Source: an uncultured Gemmatimonadales bacterium (lineage in GTDB: Bacteria > Gemmatimonadota > Gemmatimonadetes > Gemmatimonadales > GWC2-71-9). Taken from it: a DNA stretch of 64,000 nt. Within the stretch, counting starts at the first letter, position 1; each line of letters starts with the position of its first letter. The stretch is taken from the NCBI GenBank assembly GCA_963695555.1, contig CAVOGR010000005.1:416001-480000 (forward strand), written 5' to 3'. This document shows, in pieces, positions 10,060 through 22,855 of the stretch. Under the pieces are notes generated by a model that saw only the letters and a list, made by a program, of their open reading frames with translations, did no database searches and had not been told where the DNA came from. Both the position numbers and the translations under genes were made by a program.

Positions 10060-10656
10060 TTAGAGCCAGGCTTCGACGAGGTCGGCGCGACGTTCGGTCC
10101 ACTCCTCGGAGGTGATGGCGAAGCGGACGTGGTCCTCCCAGATACTGTTGATCTCGAGGTAGCGAAGCGCGGTTCCCTCATTTCGCAGGCCGAGTTTCTC
10201 GACCACCCGCAGTGACGAGTCGTTGCGAGGAACGATCGATATCTGGACCCGGTGGAGTGTCAGCTCCTCGAACGCGAACCGCAGAACCATGACCACCCCT
10301 TCTGGGGTGTAGCCCCGGCCGGCCTGTTCCTCGTCGATCCAGTAGCCGAGATAGGCGCTCTGGAACGGACCACGCTGCACGGCGTTGAGGTTGATCTCGC
10401 CGCAGAACGAGCCGCCGACGAACACGCCGAAGCCGTAGCCGGTCCCGATTGCCCGCTCGCGATCCCGGGCATGGCATCGGAGGGCGAACACGCTCCGGTC
10501 GACGACCGGGTCCGGGGCCCCGTCCGGACGGCTCGGCTCCCATTTGGTCGACCAGTCGAGGTTTCTGCGGCGGACCTCCTGCCAGGCCCAGAAATCCTCC
10601 GGCCGGAGTGGTCGCAGGAGGATTCGTCGGCCGAGCAGGCTCGTATTCACAATCAT
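10060..10656 (-). CDS. RimJ/RimL-type GNAT N-acetyltransferase
   Basis: GPFQSAYLGYWID...GRGYT, LHRVQISIVPRN, LGLRNEG and WEDH. Confidence 0.9.
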   Translation of the reverse strand: MIVNTSLLGRRILLRPLRPEDFWAWQEVRRRNLDWSTKWEPSRPDGAPDPVVDRSVFALRCHARDRERAIGTGYGFGVFVGGSFCGEINLNAVQRGPFQSAYLGYWIDEEQAGRGYTPEGVVMVLRFAFEELTLHRVQISIVPRNDSSLRVVEKLGLRNEGTALRYLEINSIWEDHVRFAITSEEWTERRADLVEAWL

Positions 10657-10699
10657 CGTCTGTTCACCATCATCGTCCCGGATCCCGAGTCGATTTCGG

Positions 10700-11320
10700 C
10701 GAGAAGTCGGTCGGCGTCTCGATCGAGGCGGCGACCCCGTCGAGGGGACCGGGCGTGTGACGCGGTCCCCGTCGACGGCGAACCGTCTCATGAACTCCAG
10801 AAGAATACACATCGCACCGACGATCCAGCCGACATGTTCGGGCTGGAGACCGGGATTGGCCGCCCGATCCTCGTTTGATTCGGTGGCCAGCGCACGGAAG
10901 AGCTCCTCTGCCGCATCCCGTTCGAGAACGCAGCCGTCGATCTCGTCACGGTCGGCGACCCCGAGTTCGACCTCGGCCACGAACCGAACCGCCCCCAGGC
11001 CGACGATCGTCGAATCGGTGATCACGGCCGCCAGCTCGGGCATCTCCCGCACGACGTCATCGAGATGGAGGTCGATCACCGACAAGGCTGCCGACAGCTC
11101 GGCCGGGTCGGGCGGATCGCTGTGGAGGTGGGCGGCTGTCACCGTGGCCGCCCCGATCGGAAGCGAGATGGCGGAGATGCGCCCGTCGACGGCGGTGGCC
11201 AGCTCGGTCGAGCCGTAGCCGATGTCGAGGGTGACGAGCGGGTCACCGCCCCTGACAGCACCGGCGCCGGGTGGGTCGGCCGGCCGACCACAGCCCGGTA
11301 TCCGAGTTCGGCCTCCGCGG
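10700..11320 (-). CDS. Ppx/GppA phosphatase family, C-terminal half only
   Basis: EAELGY, LDIGYGSTE, SLPIGA and SDPP motifs; no N-terminal actin-like lobe visible. Confidence 0.7.
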
Positions 11321-11399
11321 TGCCGTCGTGTCTCTCCAGCGGTCGCGCAGGTGTTCGGCGTCGCGCAACGACGGCCGCTCCGCAACGGATGCGGATGCG

Positions 11400-11943
11400 G
11401 ATGCGGATGGGACGAGACCCTCCACCAACTCCCCCGCTTCCCGCAAGCGCTCATGGACCCATCGGCCCACGGGATCATCGCCGCCGGCGAGATAGTGGGC
11501 GTAGTGCCGCGTCGGAGGCACTTGACGCCCTGCCGGGTTCCGCCGACTCCTCCACTCGGTGCCGGCCCGGTGTGGTCGGACGGGATCAGTCGATCCCGTT
11601 CCCGCCCATACCGTTCATGCGTCCCGGCCAGGAGATCGGGATCGACGGCGGCCTCCGCCTGCTTCACGCCACCGATCGATTCGAGCTGGCCGATGGCCTT
11701 GTTGAGCGCCGGGTCGATGAGCCAGTACCGGGTCGGCATGGGCCGGCCCGAATGCAGGAAGGGGGCGTTCACGAGCACGACGGGCTCGCCGTCGGGCCGG
11801 TTGACGGCGACGGTGTAGTCTCCCTGCGGTCGTCGGCCGAGGAGCCGGGCGACTGTGGCGTCGAGGTCGGGGTCCGGTGCCTCGGAGGCCGCCTCGGTCC
11901 GATCCGGGGCCACCGAGCCGATCAGCCGCGGCTGATCAGCCAC
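11400..11943 (-). CDS. DUF501 domain protein (Rv1025-like)
   Basis: LLGRRP, GRPMPTRYWL, LESIGGVK, GGVGG...GVKCL and HYAHYLAGGDDPVGRW. Confidence 0.85.
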
Positions 11944-12739
11944 CAGATGAAGGCGATGACGAGCGCGAGCAGGCCCACAGCCGGAACCAACCGCTTGGCC
12001 ATCGACTCGCCGCCGACGGCGAGCAGATCGACGGCCTCCGGCTCGGGCGAGTTGATCTTGCGAACCCCACCCGAAACCTTCTCGGCCACGGCTCCGGCCG
12101 CGTTCGATGCGGCCGCAGCGGCGTCTCCGGCGGCGGAACCTACCTTGTCGGCCACGGTTGCCGCTTTGTCGCCGGCCGTGTCGGCGGCGTCGGATGCGGC
12201 GTCGCCAACCGCAGCCGCGGCGTCATCTGCAGCAGCCGCCGCGCTGTCGGCGGCGGAACCGGCGGCCGCCGCCACGCCGCTCGCTCCGGACGGCGAGTCA
12301 TCGGCGAGCTTGTCGCGGAGGTTGTCGGTGAACTGACCCAGGAGCTTCTTCGACACGTCCTCGATCGCGCCACGTCCGAAGCTGGCGATCTTGCCGCTCA
12401 AGCCCAGGTCGGTATGGATCTCGACCTTGGTCTGATCGGCCGCCAACTCCTCCAGCGTGGCGGTCACGACGGCGTTGGCGTTGCCCTGACGCGGGTCACG
12501 ACCCTCGGCCTTCAGCTTGGCCACGTGGTTCTCGGCATCCTGCTCGATGAACGTGCCTTACCCTTGTAATTGGCGGTGATCGGACCCACCTTGATCTTGA
12601 CGAGGCCACGGTACTCGTCACCCTCGATCTCGGTCAGCTGGGCGCCGGGCATGCAGGGAGCGATGAACTCGAGGTCGTTGAGGATCGTCCAGGTCTCCTC
12701 GATCGGTCGTTCGATAACGAATTCGTTCGTCAGCTCCAT
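11922..12739 (-). CDS. CoxG/SRPBCC family protein with an Ala-rich linker and C-terminal TM helix, frameshift near 12555
   Basis: MELTNEF..., IAPCMPGAQL, KVGPI, GRD.RQGNANA and GKIASFGRG. Confidence 0.85.
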
Positions 12740-13330
12740 CGTGGCAGGTCCTCCATGGTGTCGATGTCGGTCGGATTACCCCTGCACGGTACCTCCGAAA
12801 CGAGGTCGGGGTGCAGTCGAATGAGCGATCGGGCGCCTTCGTCGCCGCTTCGAGGGAGTAGCTTCCACATGGAGCGGTCGAGCTTGACCGGAGGGCGGCG
12901 TCGCCCGTCGAAACTCACGGTGACGATGGGGCCGTCCCCCTCGGTCACCGCCCTCCAGGCGTCGGGGCCGATCAGCGGTTGGTCGGCCGCGGACAATGAC
13001 CGTCTGGTGCCCGTCGGCTTCGGCCCGGTCGATACCGACGGCCAGCGAGGCGGCCTGACCGTCGGACCAACGTTCGTTGTGGAGGATCGTCAATGCAAGA
13101 TCGTCAACGGTGACGGACTCCGCCGCCGCCAACCATTGGAGCGAGACTCCGAGCGTCCGCGGCGCCCGTGATCAGGTAGACCTGATCGACGCAGTCGTCG
13201 AGTAGCCCGCGCACCACGTCAAGCGCGTGTGCGGCCAGGGGGCGGCCGCGAAATTCGGCGTCGAGCTTGTGTTCGGATCCCTCGAACCGCGAGCCCGAAC
13301 CGCCGGCCGGCGTCGCACCGCTCGTGTCAT
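12730..13330 (-). CDS. MocA-like nucleotidyltransferase (NTP_transf_3), frameshifted
   Basis: GGSGSRFEG..HKL, N..WSDGQAASL, DQP, GDEGAR and DIDT motifs across frames. Confidence 0.75.
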
Positions 13331-13574
13331 CGAGCCCAGTGTGCCACGTCGGGCTTTGTCAGCCTCGCCGGCCGAGGCCCTTGAATCAGGCTTCATCGAG
13401 CCGATTCACGACTGTTACTGTGGTCACACCGACGATGGTGACATTAGCCAGAATGGCGCTGTTCAGCCCCTATCCCCGTGGGCAATCCGACAGATGAAGA
13501 CCGGTCGACGAGTCGCCGTCGGCTAGATTCGAGCGTTCGTCCGGTTGAAGACAACAGGAAACAGAAACCCGCTC

Positions 13575-13665
13575 ATGGACTCCACAACGTTACACAACCA
13601 GCTACTGACCCTGGCCACGAGCCACCTCTGGACCTGGGACCACGAGCTGTTGGCGCTGCTCGATC
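13575..13665 (+). pseudogene. N-terminal stub of a probable alpha-glucan phosphorylase, cut at the junction
   Basis: MDSTTLHNQLLTLATSHLWTWD resembles the L..LA.NLWWSW start of GlgP; similarity stops abruptly. Confidence 0.5.
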
Positions 13666-13701
13666 ACAAACGGTCCGCGCCTTCGGGATTGCAGCCCATT
13701 T

Positions 13702-14687
<986 letters not shown>

Positions 14688-14758
14688 GCGCGAACTCCTG
14701 ACTGTCGCGCGAAGTCTAGCGCGCGCGACAGGCGCTCGGAAGTCGCCATTTGCCCCCG

Positions 14759-16172
14759 TGTCGGTGACGGATGAGATGTCCGGCTTCGTAGCGCGTGAGT
14801 TGTCCGCCATGTTCGTCTCTTGTTCTGGAGGGGGCGATGCGGCGGACGATGGCGTTATGGGAGGTCTTCGTGCTCAGGTTCGAGGAAGCGATGGAGCGCT
14901 ACCGGAAGCGGCGGCTGACGGCGGACGAGGCCGGCGAGCTGTTGGGAATGACGGGGCGGCATTTCCGCCGGCTGCTGGGGCGCTATGACGAGGACGGGGC
15001 CGAAGGGCTGCGCGACCGGCGGCTGGGCAAGGTGTCGCCGCGGCGGGCGCCGCCGGCCGAGCTGACGCGGGTGCAGGTGCTCTACGCAGGAGCGCTATCG
15101 CGACTTCACGGTGAAGCATTTCCACGAGCAGCTGCGTGGCGCGGCACGGCTACAGGCTCGGCTACACGGTGACCCGGCTGGCGCTGCAGGCGGCCGGGCT
15201 GGTGAAGCGCCGCCGAGCGGCGCGGCAGCCGCACCGCAAGAAGCGGCCGCGCCGGCCGCTGCCGGGCATGCTGCTGTTCCAGGATGGCTCGACACATCGC
15301 TGGATCGGCGCGCTCGACCATGATCTCGACCTGGTGGTCACGCTCGACGACGCGACGAGCGCCATCTACTCGGCGATCCTGGTCGAGCAGGAAGAGGGCA
15401 CCGCTTCGAGCTTTCTCGGCCTGGCCGAGACGATCGCCGGCGCAAGGCCTGTTCCGCGCGCTCTACACCGACCGCGGCTCGCACTACTTCCACACGCCGA
15501 AGGCCGGCGGCAAGGTCGACAAGACCAGCGCCCACCCAGGTCGGCCGGGCGCTGGCGCAGCTCGGCATCCGCACATCCCGTCCTATTCGCCCGAGGCGCG
15601 CGGCCGCATGGAGCGCGCGTTCGGCACCCTCCAGGACCGCCTGCCCCCGGAGCTGCGCCTGGCCGGGATCGCCACGATCGAGGCCGCCAACCGCCTATCT
15701 GCAGGGAGGTCTACGTGCCCGACGCACAACGCCCGCTTCGCGGTGCCGGCGGCCGAGCCGGGCACCGCGTTCGTCCCCTATGCCGGCCGGCCGCTCGAGG
15801 ACGTGCTCTGCGTGCCAGGAGAACCGCCAGGTCGGCCGCGACAACTGCGTGACCTGGAAGGGCCGCGCGCTGCAGATCCCGCCGCAGCGCGCATCGCCAC
15901 CACTACGTCAGGGCGAGCGTGCGGGTGCACGAGTACCCCGATGGCGCGGCTCGCGCATCTTCGACGGGCCGCAGCTGCCTCGCCCGCTTCGATCCCGCCG
16001 GAAAGCCCGTCGATGCTTCGCTGGCCGCTTAACTCCGCTCGGCGGCCGGGGCCAAGGGGCCTATGGATTTGTGGACAACGCTGCGCGTTGCCCACAACCC
16101 CACAGGCGCTACAACCACAGCAGCGGACATTCGATGTGCTACGAAACCGGACATCTTCACGCGCTACCGACA
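14759..16172 (+). mobile_element. Complete insertion sequence, IS1202 family (IS481-related DDE), 17-bp target duplication
   Basis: Left end TGTCGGTGACGGATGAGATGTCCGGCTTCGTAGC vs right end (reverse complement) TGTCGGTAGCGCGTGAAGATGTCCGGTTTCGTAGC; flanked by GTCGCCATTTGCCCCCG at 14742-14758 and 16173-16189. Confidence 0.9.
14837..16032 (+). CDS. IS1202/ISNCY transposase, frameshifted
   Basis: HTH ([20 protein letters not shown]), [23 protein letters not shown] and [19 protein letters not shown]. Confidence 0.92.
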
Positions 16173-16410
16173 GTCGCCATTTGCCCCCGCGGCGGGACGG
16201 CTGGCCCGCGCCGGGCCGCGCCGATGATCCACGCGGGCTCGCCCGCGGCGGGGTCGGGCTGCGCGCGCTGGAAGGCCCGGTCGAGCGCCGGCATGGCGAA
16301 CTGGCCGCGGTGGAGGTCGATGAGGAGCGGCGCGGGCGGCAGGAGGGTGAGCAGGGCCGGCCAGTCGAGAATGCCCTCGCCGATCAGCGCGAGGTGGCGG
16401 CGGAAAGCGC
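16173..16410 (-). pseudogene. C-terminal remnant of a probable TIM-barrel sugar-phosphate isomerase-like gene interrupted by the IS
   Basis: RRHLALIGEGILDWPALL...IDLHRGQFAMP; the frame continues across the IS to a TGA overlapping the kbl ATG. Confidence 0.45.
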
Positions 16411-16486
16411 GTTGGGCCCGGCGTTGTCTTTGCAGCCGGGTGGGCTATGGTGGATCAAGTCTGGATTGGTTCGCAGGACATCCGGA

Positions 16487-17190
16487 ATGCTTCGCGAGGA
16501 AAAGAACAACTCGGCTCTGGCGCTAGGACGCCTGCGTGAGCTAATCCGCGCCCGCAGCCGGCAAAGCGAGGCCCGCCTGCCCACCGAGCGCGAGCTGGCC
16601 GCTAGCCTCGGGCTCGGGCGACGGGCGCTGCGGCGGGCGCTGGAGGTGCTGGAGGCCGAGGGGCGCATCTGGCGGCAGCAGGGCAAGGGCACCTTCGTCG
16701 GGGCGCGCCCCGGCGAGCCGGGCGAGATGGCGCGCGCCCTCACCGGCCAGACCAATTTCTACGAAGTCATGGAGGCGCGCCTGCGGCTGGAGCCGGAGCT
16801 TGCCTTCCTCGCCGCCCTCAAGGCGAGCGACTCTGAAGTCGAGCGCATGCGCCACCTCTGCGTCCGGGTCGCCGAGCGCGAGGATGCAGACGGGCGCGAG
16901 CTCTGGGACGGCGCGCTGCACCGGCAGATCGCACGTTCAACCGCCAACCGGCTGCTCCTCGCCCTATTCGACGTGATCGACCAGATCCGCCAGAACGACA
17001 GCTGGACGGCGCTGCGCGAACGCGCCCGACAGCACGGCGGCCATGCGCAGTACCTCGACCACCACGTCGCCATCGTCGACGCCATCGCATCCCGCGACCC
17101 CACCGGCGCCGAGCAGGCCATGCGCCGCCACATCGTTGCCGTCCAGCAAACTCTTCGCCGGCGGCGGAGGGAGGGGGAGCCGTGCGGCCG
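16487..17190 (+). CDS. GntR/FadR family transcriptional regulator
   Basis: [35 protein letters not shown] followed by an FCD domain ([23 protein letters not shown]). Confidence 0.9.
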
Positions 17191-17191
17191 A

Positions 17192-18219
17192 ATGGACCCG
17201 GCGCGGCGCACCCCTGCTCGAGGCCGTCGAGGTCCTCGGCGTCCGGCTCGATGGTGTCGCCGGCTCATCGCGAGGGGGTCTCATTCGACGCTGCAGCCCC
17301 GGCGAGACGCTGTGCCTCGTCGGCGAGAGCGGCTGCGGCAAGAGCGTGACCGCGTTGGCATTGATGGGCCTGTTGCCGACGCCGCCGGCGCGGATCGCGG
17401 GCGGCCGCGTCTGGTTCGACGGGCGAGGACCTGCTGGCGGCGCGCAGCGGCGGCTCCAGGACCTCCGCGGCGACCGGATGGCGATGATCTTCCAGGAGCC
17501 GATGACCTCGCTCAACCCGGTGCTTCACCGTCGGGCGAGCAGATCGCCGAGGCGATCGCGCGGCACCAGGACCTCGGTCGCGACGGCGCCGCGGGCGCGG
17601 GCGCTGGAGATGCTGCGGCAGGTCCGCATCCCGGCAGCCGGAGCGGCGGCTCGACGCAGTATCCCGCACCAGCTGTCGGGCGGGATGCGCCAGCGGGTGA
17701 TGATCGCCATGGCGCTGGCCAACCGAGCCGCGCGCTGCTGATCGCCGACGAGCCGACCACCGCGCTCGACGTCACGATCCAGGCGCAGATCCTCGAGCTG
17801 ATGCGCGCGCTGCCAGGCGGAGACCGGCACGGCGGTGATCCTGATCACCCACGACCTCGGCGTGGTCGCCGAGATGGCGGACAAGGTCGCGGTGATGTAC
17901 GCCGGCCGGATCGTCGAGACGGGCGCCGGTGGCGACGCTCTTCGACGACCCGCAGCACCCCTACACGCTCGGCCTGATGAGCTCGATGCCGTCGCTCGGG
18001 CGACGCGCGGCGCACGGCTGGTCACCATCCCCGGCGCCGTGCCGCCGGCGCACGGCCTGCCGCCGGGCTGCCGCTTCGCCTCGCGCTGCCCCTTCGCCGG
18101 CGACCGCTGCCGCGCCGAGCGCGCCGCCGCTCGCGGCACTGGGCCCGGCCACCACGTCGCCTGCTGGCGCGCGCCGCTGGAAGGCGCAGGCCGGCTGCGC
18201 GGCACGAGGACGCGGTCGC

Positions 18220-18223
<4 letters not shown>
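17192..18223 (+). CDS. Dipeptide/oligopeptide ABC ATPase (DppD/OppD-like), frameshifted
   Basis: [37 protein letters not shown] and HPYT. Confidence 0.9.
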
Positions 18224-19276
<1,053 letters not shown>

Positions 19277-19354
19277 CCGGCGGCCCGCGCGTCCGGCCAG
19301 GACGCCGCTGCACCGACCGAGTCCGATCCAGACCAGAACAGAGGAGAACGACCC

Positions 19355-20908
19355 ATGCCGACTAGCGGACACTCGCCGCGCCGCTGCGCCGCTCGGCGGC
19401 TTGGCGCCACGCCGGCGCCGCCGCGGCCCAGGACCTCGCGCATCGGGCTGCAGGAGGACCCCGACGTGCTCGACCCGGACCAGTCGCGCACCTTCGTCGG
19501 CCGCATCGTCTACGCCTCGCTCTGCGACAAGCTGGTCGACATCACGCCGGACCTCGAGATCATGCCGATGCTGGCCACCGGCTGGGCGTGGTCGGACGAC
19601 GGCCTCGCCCTGACCATGACTCTGCGCGAGGACGTGATGTTCCACGACGGCACGCCGTTCAACGCCGAGGCGGTGAGTCTCAACATCGACCGCGTCCAAG
19701 AACCTGCCGGAGAGCCGCCGCAAGTCCGAGGTCGCCTCGATCGCGCGACCGTGGAGGTCGATCGATCCCGACCAGGTCGGTGCTCACCTGACCGAGCCCG
19801 ACGCGCACGCTGCTCGCGCAGCTCTCCGACCGCGCCGGCATGATGGTCTCGCCGACCGCGGCGGCCGCGGCCGCCGGGCGACGACTTCGGCACCGCCCCG
19901 GTCTGCGCCGGCCCGTTCAGCTTCGTCGAGCGCGTGCAGCAGGACCGCATCGTGCTGGAGCGCTTCGCCGACTACTGGAACGCCGACGCGATCAGCTTCG
20001 ACCGGGTGACCTTACCTGCCGATCCCGGACACCACCGTGCGCCTCGCCAACCTGCGAGTCCGGCGATCTCGACATGATCGAGCGGATGGCCGCCGACCGA
20101 TCTGCGCCTCGGTCCAGCGCCGATGCCGAACCTGCAGCTGGCGGCGGCGACGCTCGCTCGGCTACCAGGGCATCACCATCAACGTCGCCAACGGCGAGCG
20201 CGCGCAAGAACCCGCTCGGCCAGGACACCCGCGTCCGCCAGGCGCTTCGACCTCGCGATCGACCGCGACGCGATCAACCAGGTGGTCTTCGAGGGCGCGT
20301 TCGCCCCGGGCAACCAGCCGGTGCCCGCCGACCACGCCCTGGTACAACGCAGGCCATCCCGGTGCCCGCCGCGCGACGTCGAGGCCGCCAAGGCGCTGCT
20401 GGCCGAGGCCGGCCTCGAGACGGCGTCAGCCGTCGAGATGCAGGTCGCCAACAACCCCGTGCAGATGCAGGTCGTGCAGGTCATCCAGGCGATGGCTGCC
20501 GAGGCCGGCATCGACGTCGCAGATCACCGCGCAAGGAGTTCGCCACCGCTCCTCGACGACCAGGACCGCCGGCGACTTCGACGCCAGCCAGGTCGGCTGG
20601 TCCGGCCGTGTCGATCCCGATGGCAACATCCACACCGTTCTGACCAGCGCAACGGCGGCATCAACGACGGCAAGTACTGCAACCCCGAGGTGGACGCGCT
20701 GCTGAACGAGGCGCGCGTCGACCGACGATCCCGGCCGTGCGCAAGGCAGCTCTACGACGCGGCCGTCGCGATCCTCACCGAGGACCTGCCGCTGCATCTA
20801 CCTCTACCACCACGACCTGGCTCTGGGCGCTCGATGCAACGATGTCGCGGCTTCGTGCCCTATCCCGACGGCATGATCCGCCTGCAGGGCGTGTCCATGG
20901 CCGAGTGA
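19355..20908 (+). CDS. Family 5 ABC substrate-binding protein, frameshifted
   Basis: [42 protein letters not shown] and YPDGMIRL. Confidence 0.88.
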
Positions 20909-20972
20909 TCGCCTGACGCCCGGGGCTCCGGCCGCTCGCGCGGCGCGCCCGTTCCCTGACGCGGAGACGCCC

Positions 20973-21935
20973 ATGCTCGCGTTTCATCGGCCGCCGCGCT
21001 GCCTGATCGCGATCCCGACCGTCGTTGCTGATCTCGGTCTTCGTGTTCGCGCTGCAGCAGCTGTTGCCGGGCGATCCGGTGCTGGCGCTGGCCGGCGAGG
21101 AGCGCGACCCGCGAGGTGATCGAGTCGCTGCGCGAGAAGTACCGCCTCAACGAGCCGATCTGCCGGTGCAGTACCTGATCTGGGTCGGCAACGTGCTGCA
21201 GGGCGATCTCGGCATCTCGCTGCGCACCAGCATGCCGGTCGCTGACGCTGATCGCGCAGAAGCTGCCGGTGACGATCCAGCTCGCCGTCGATGGCGCTGA
21301 TCATCGCCTCGCGATCGGCATCCCGGCCGGCATCCTCTCGGCGGTCAAGAAGGGCACCTGGGTCGACTGGGCCGCCAACGTCGTCGCGCTGTCCGGCCTC
21401 TCGATCCCGAACTTCTGGCTCGGCATCATGCTGATCCTGCTCGTCTCGGTGAACCTCGGCTGGCTGCCGGCCTCGGGCTACGTCACCGCCGTCCGAGGAC
21501 CCGCTGCGCAGCGCTGCAGACCATGATCATGCCCGCCTTCGTGCTCGGCACCGGCGCTCGCCGCGATGCTGATGCGCCACACCCGCGGTCGCCATGCTGA
21601 GCGTGCTGCAGTCCAGGACTACGTCCGCACCGCCCGCGCCAAGGGCCTGACGCGAGCGCATCGTCGTCCTGAAGCACGCGCTGCGCAACGCGCTGATCCC
21701 GGTCGTCACCCTCGGCACGCTGCTGTTCGGCGAGCTGCTCGCCGGCGCGGTGCTGACCGAGCAGATCTTCACCATCCCCGGCTTCGGCAAGCTGATCGTC
21801 GATGCCGTGTTCAACCGCGACTATGCGGTGGTGCAGGGCGTCGTGCTGGTGCACCGCGCATCGCCTTCATCTTGCTGAACCTCCTCGCCGACGTGCTCTA
21901 CATCGTCCTCAACCCGCGGCTGAGGACCAGGCTGA
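20973..21935 (+). CDS. Peptide ABC permease (DppB-like), frameshifted
   Basis: LPGDP, GDLGISLR, SIPNFWLG, DYVRTARAKGL and NLLADVLY..LNPR. Confidence 0.88.
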
Positions 21936-22840
21936 TGGCGCAGCGTCCACCGCCGACCGCCGGCCGCGCCGAGACCTGCCCCGACGCAAGCCGCGTCTGG
22001 CGCAAGCTCCGCGCGCCACCGCGTGCGCCGATCGGTCGGCGGCGTGATCGTCGGCTTCTTCGTCGCTCGTGGCACTGCTCGCGCCGCTGGCTCGCCGCCC
22101 TACGACCCGACGGCGACCGACTGGACGCGCGATCCGCAAGCCGCCGTCGGCGGCGCACTGGTTCGGCACCGACGAGATCGGCCGCGACGTGCTCTCGCCG
22201 CATGATCTGGGGGGCGCGGGCCTCGCTGCTGGCCGGCGTCGTCTCGGTCGCCATCGCCGTCGCCGCTCGGCGTGCCGCTCGGCGTGCTCGCCGGCTACTG
22301 TCGGCGGCTGGACCGACGCGCTGATCTCGCGCGTGCACCGAGGCGCTGCTGGCCGCGCCCTTCCTGATCCTCGCCATCGCGCTGGCCGCCTTCCTCGGCC
22401 CGAGCGCTGACCAACGCGATGATCGCCATCGGCATCTCGGCCGCGCCGATCTTCGTCCGCCTCGCCCGCGGCCAGACGCTTGGCGGTCGAGACCGAGGAC
22501 TACGTCGAGGGCGCGCGCGCCATCGGCCGTCGGCCACCTCGCGCATCATCGCTCCGCTACATCCTGCCCAACATCACCGCCGCCGATCCTGGTGCAGGCG
22601 ACGCTGACCATCGCCACGGCGATCATCGCCGAGGCCTGCGCTGTCCTTCCTCGGCCTCGGCCAGCAGCCGCCGGCGCCGTCCTGGGGCTCGATGCTGAAC
22701 ATCGCCAAGAACTTCCTCGAGCAGGCGCCCTGGATGGCGCTGTAGCCCGGGCATCGCGATCTTCCTCGTGGTGCTCGGCTTCAACCTGCTCGGCGACGGG
22801 CTGCGCGACGCGCTCGATCCGCGCGACACACTGACCCGAG
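21935..22840 (+). CDS. Peptide ABC permease (DppC-like), frameshifted
   Basis: [26 protein letters not shown] and [14 protein letters not shown]. Confidence 0.88.
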
Positions 22841-22855
22841 CCAAGGAACACGTCC

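Noticed and set aside
10060..11943. 627-aa DUF501-Ppx-RimJ triple fusion
   Set aside because: The linking segments are out-of-frame nonsense caused by indels; the GNAT has its own start at 10656.
15284..17977. 897-aa transposase-GntR fusion
   Set aside because: Chance read-through in GC-rich DNA with indels; the IS ends at 16172 and GntR starts at 16487.
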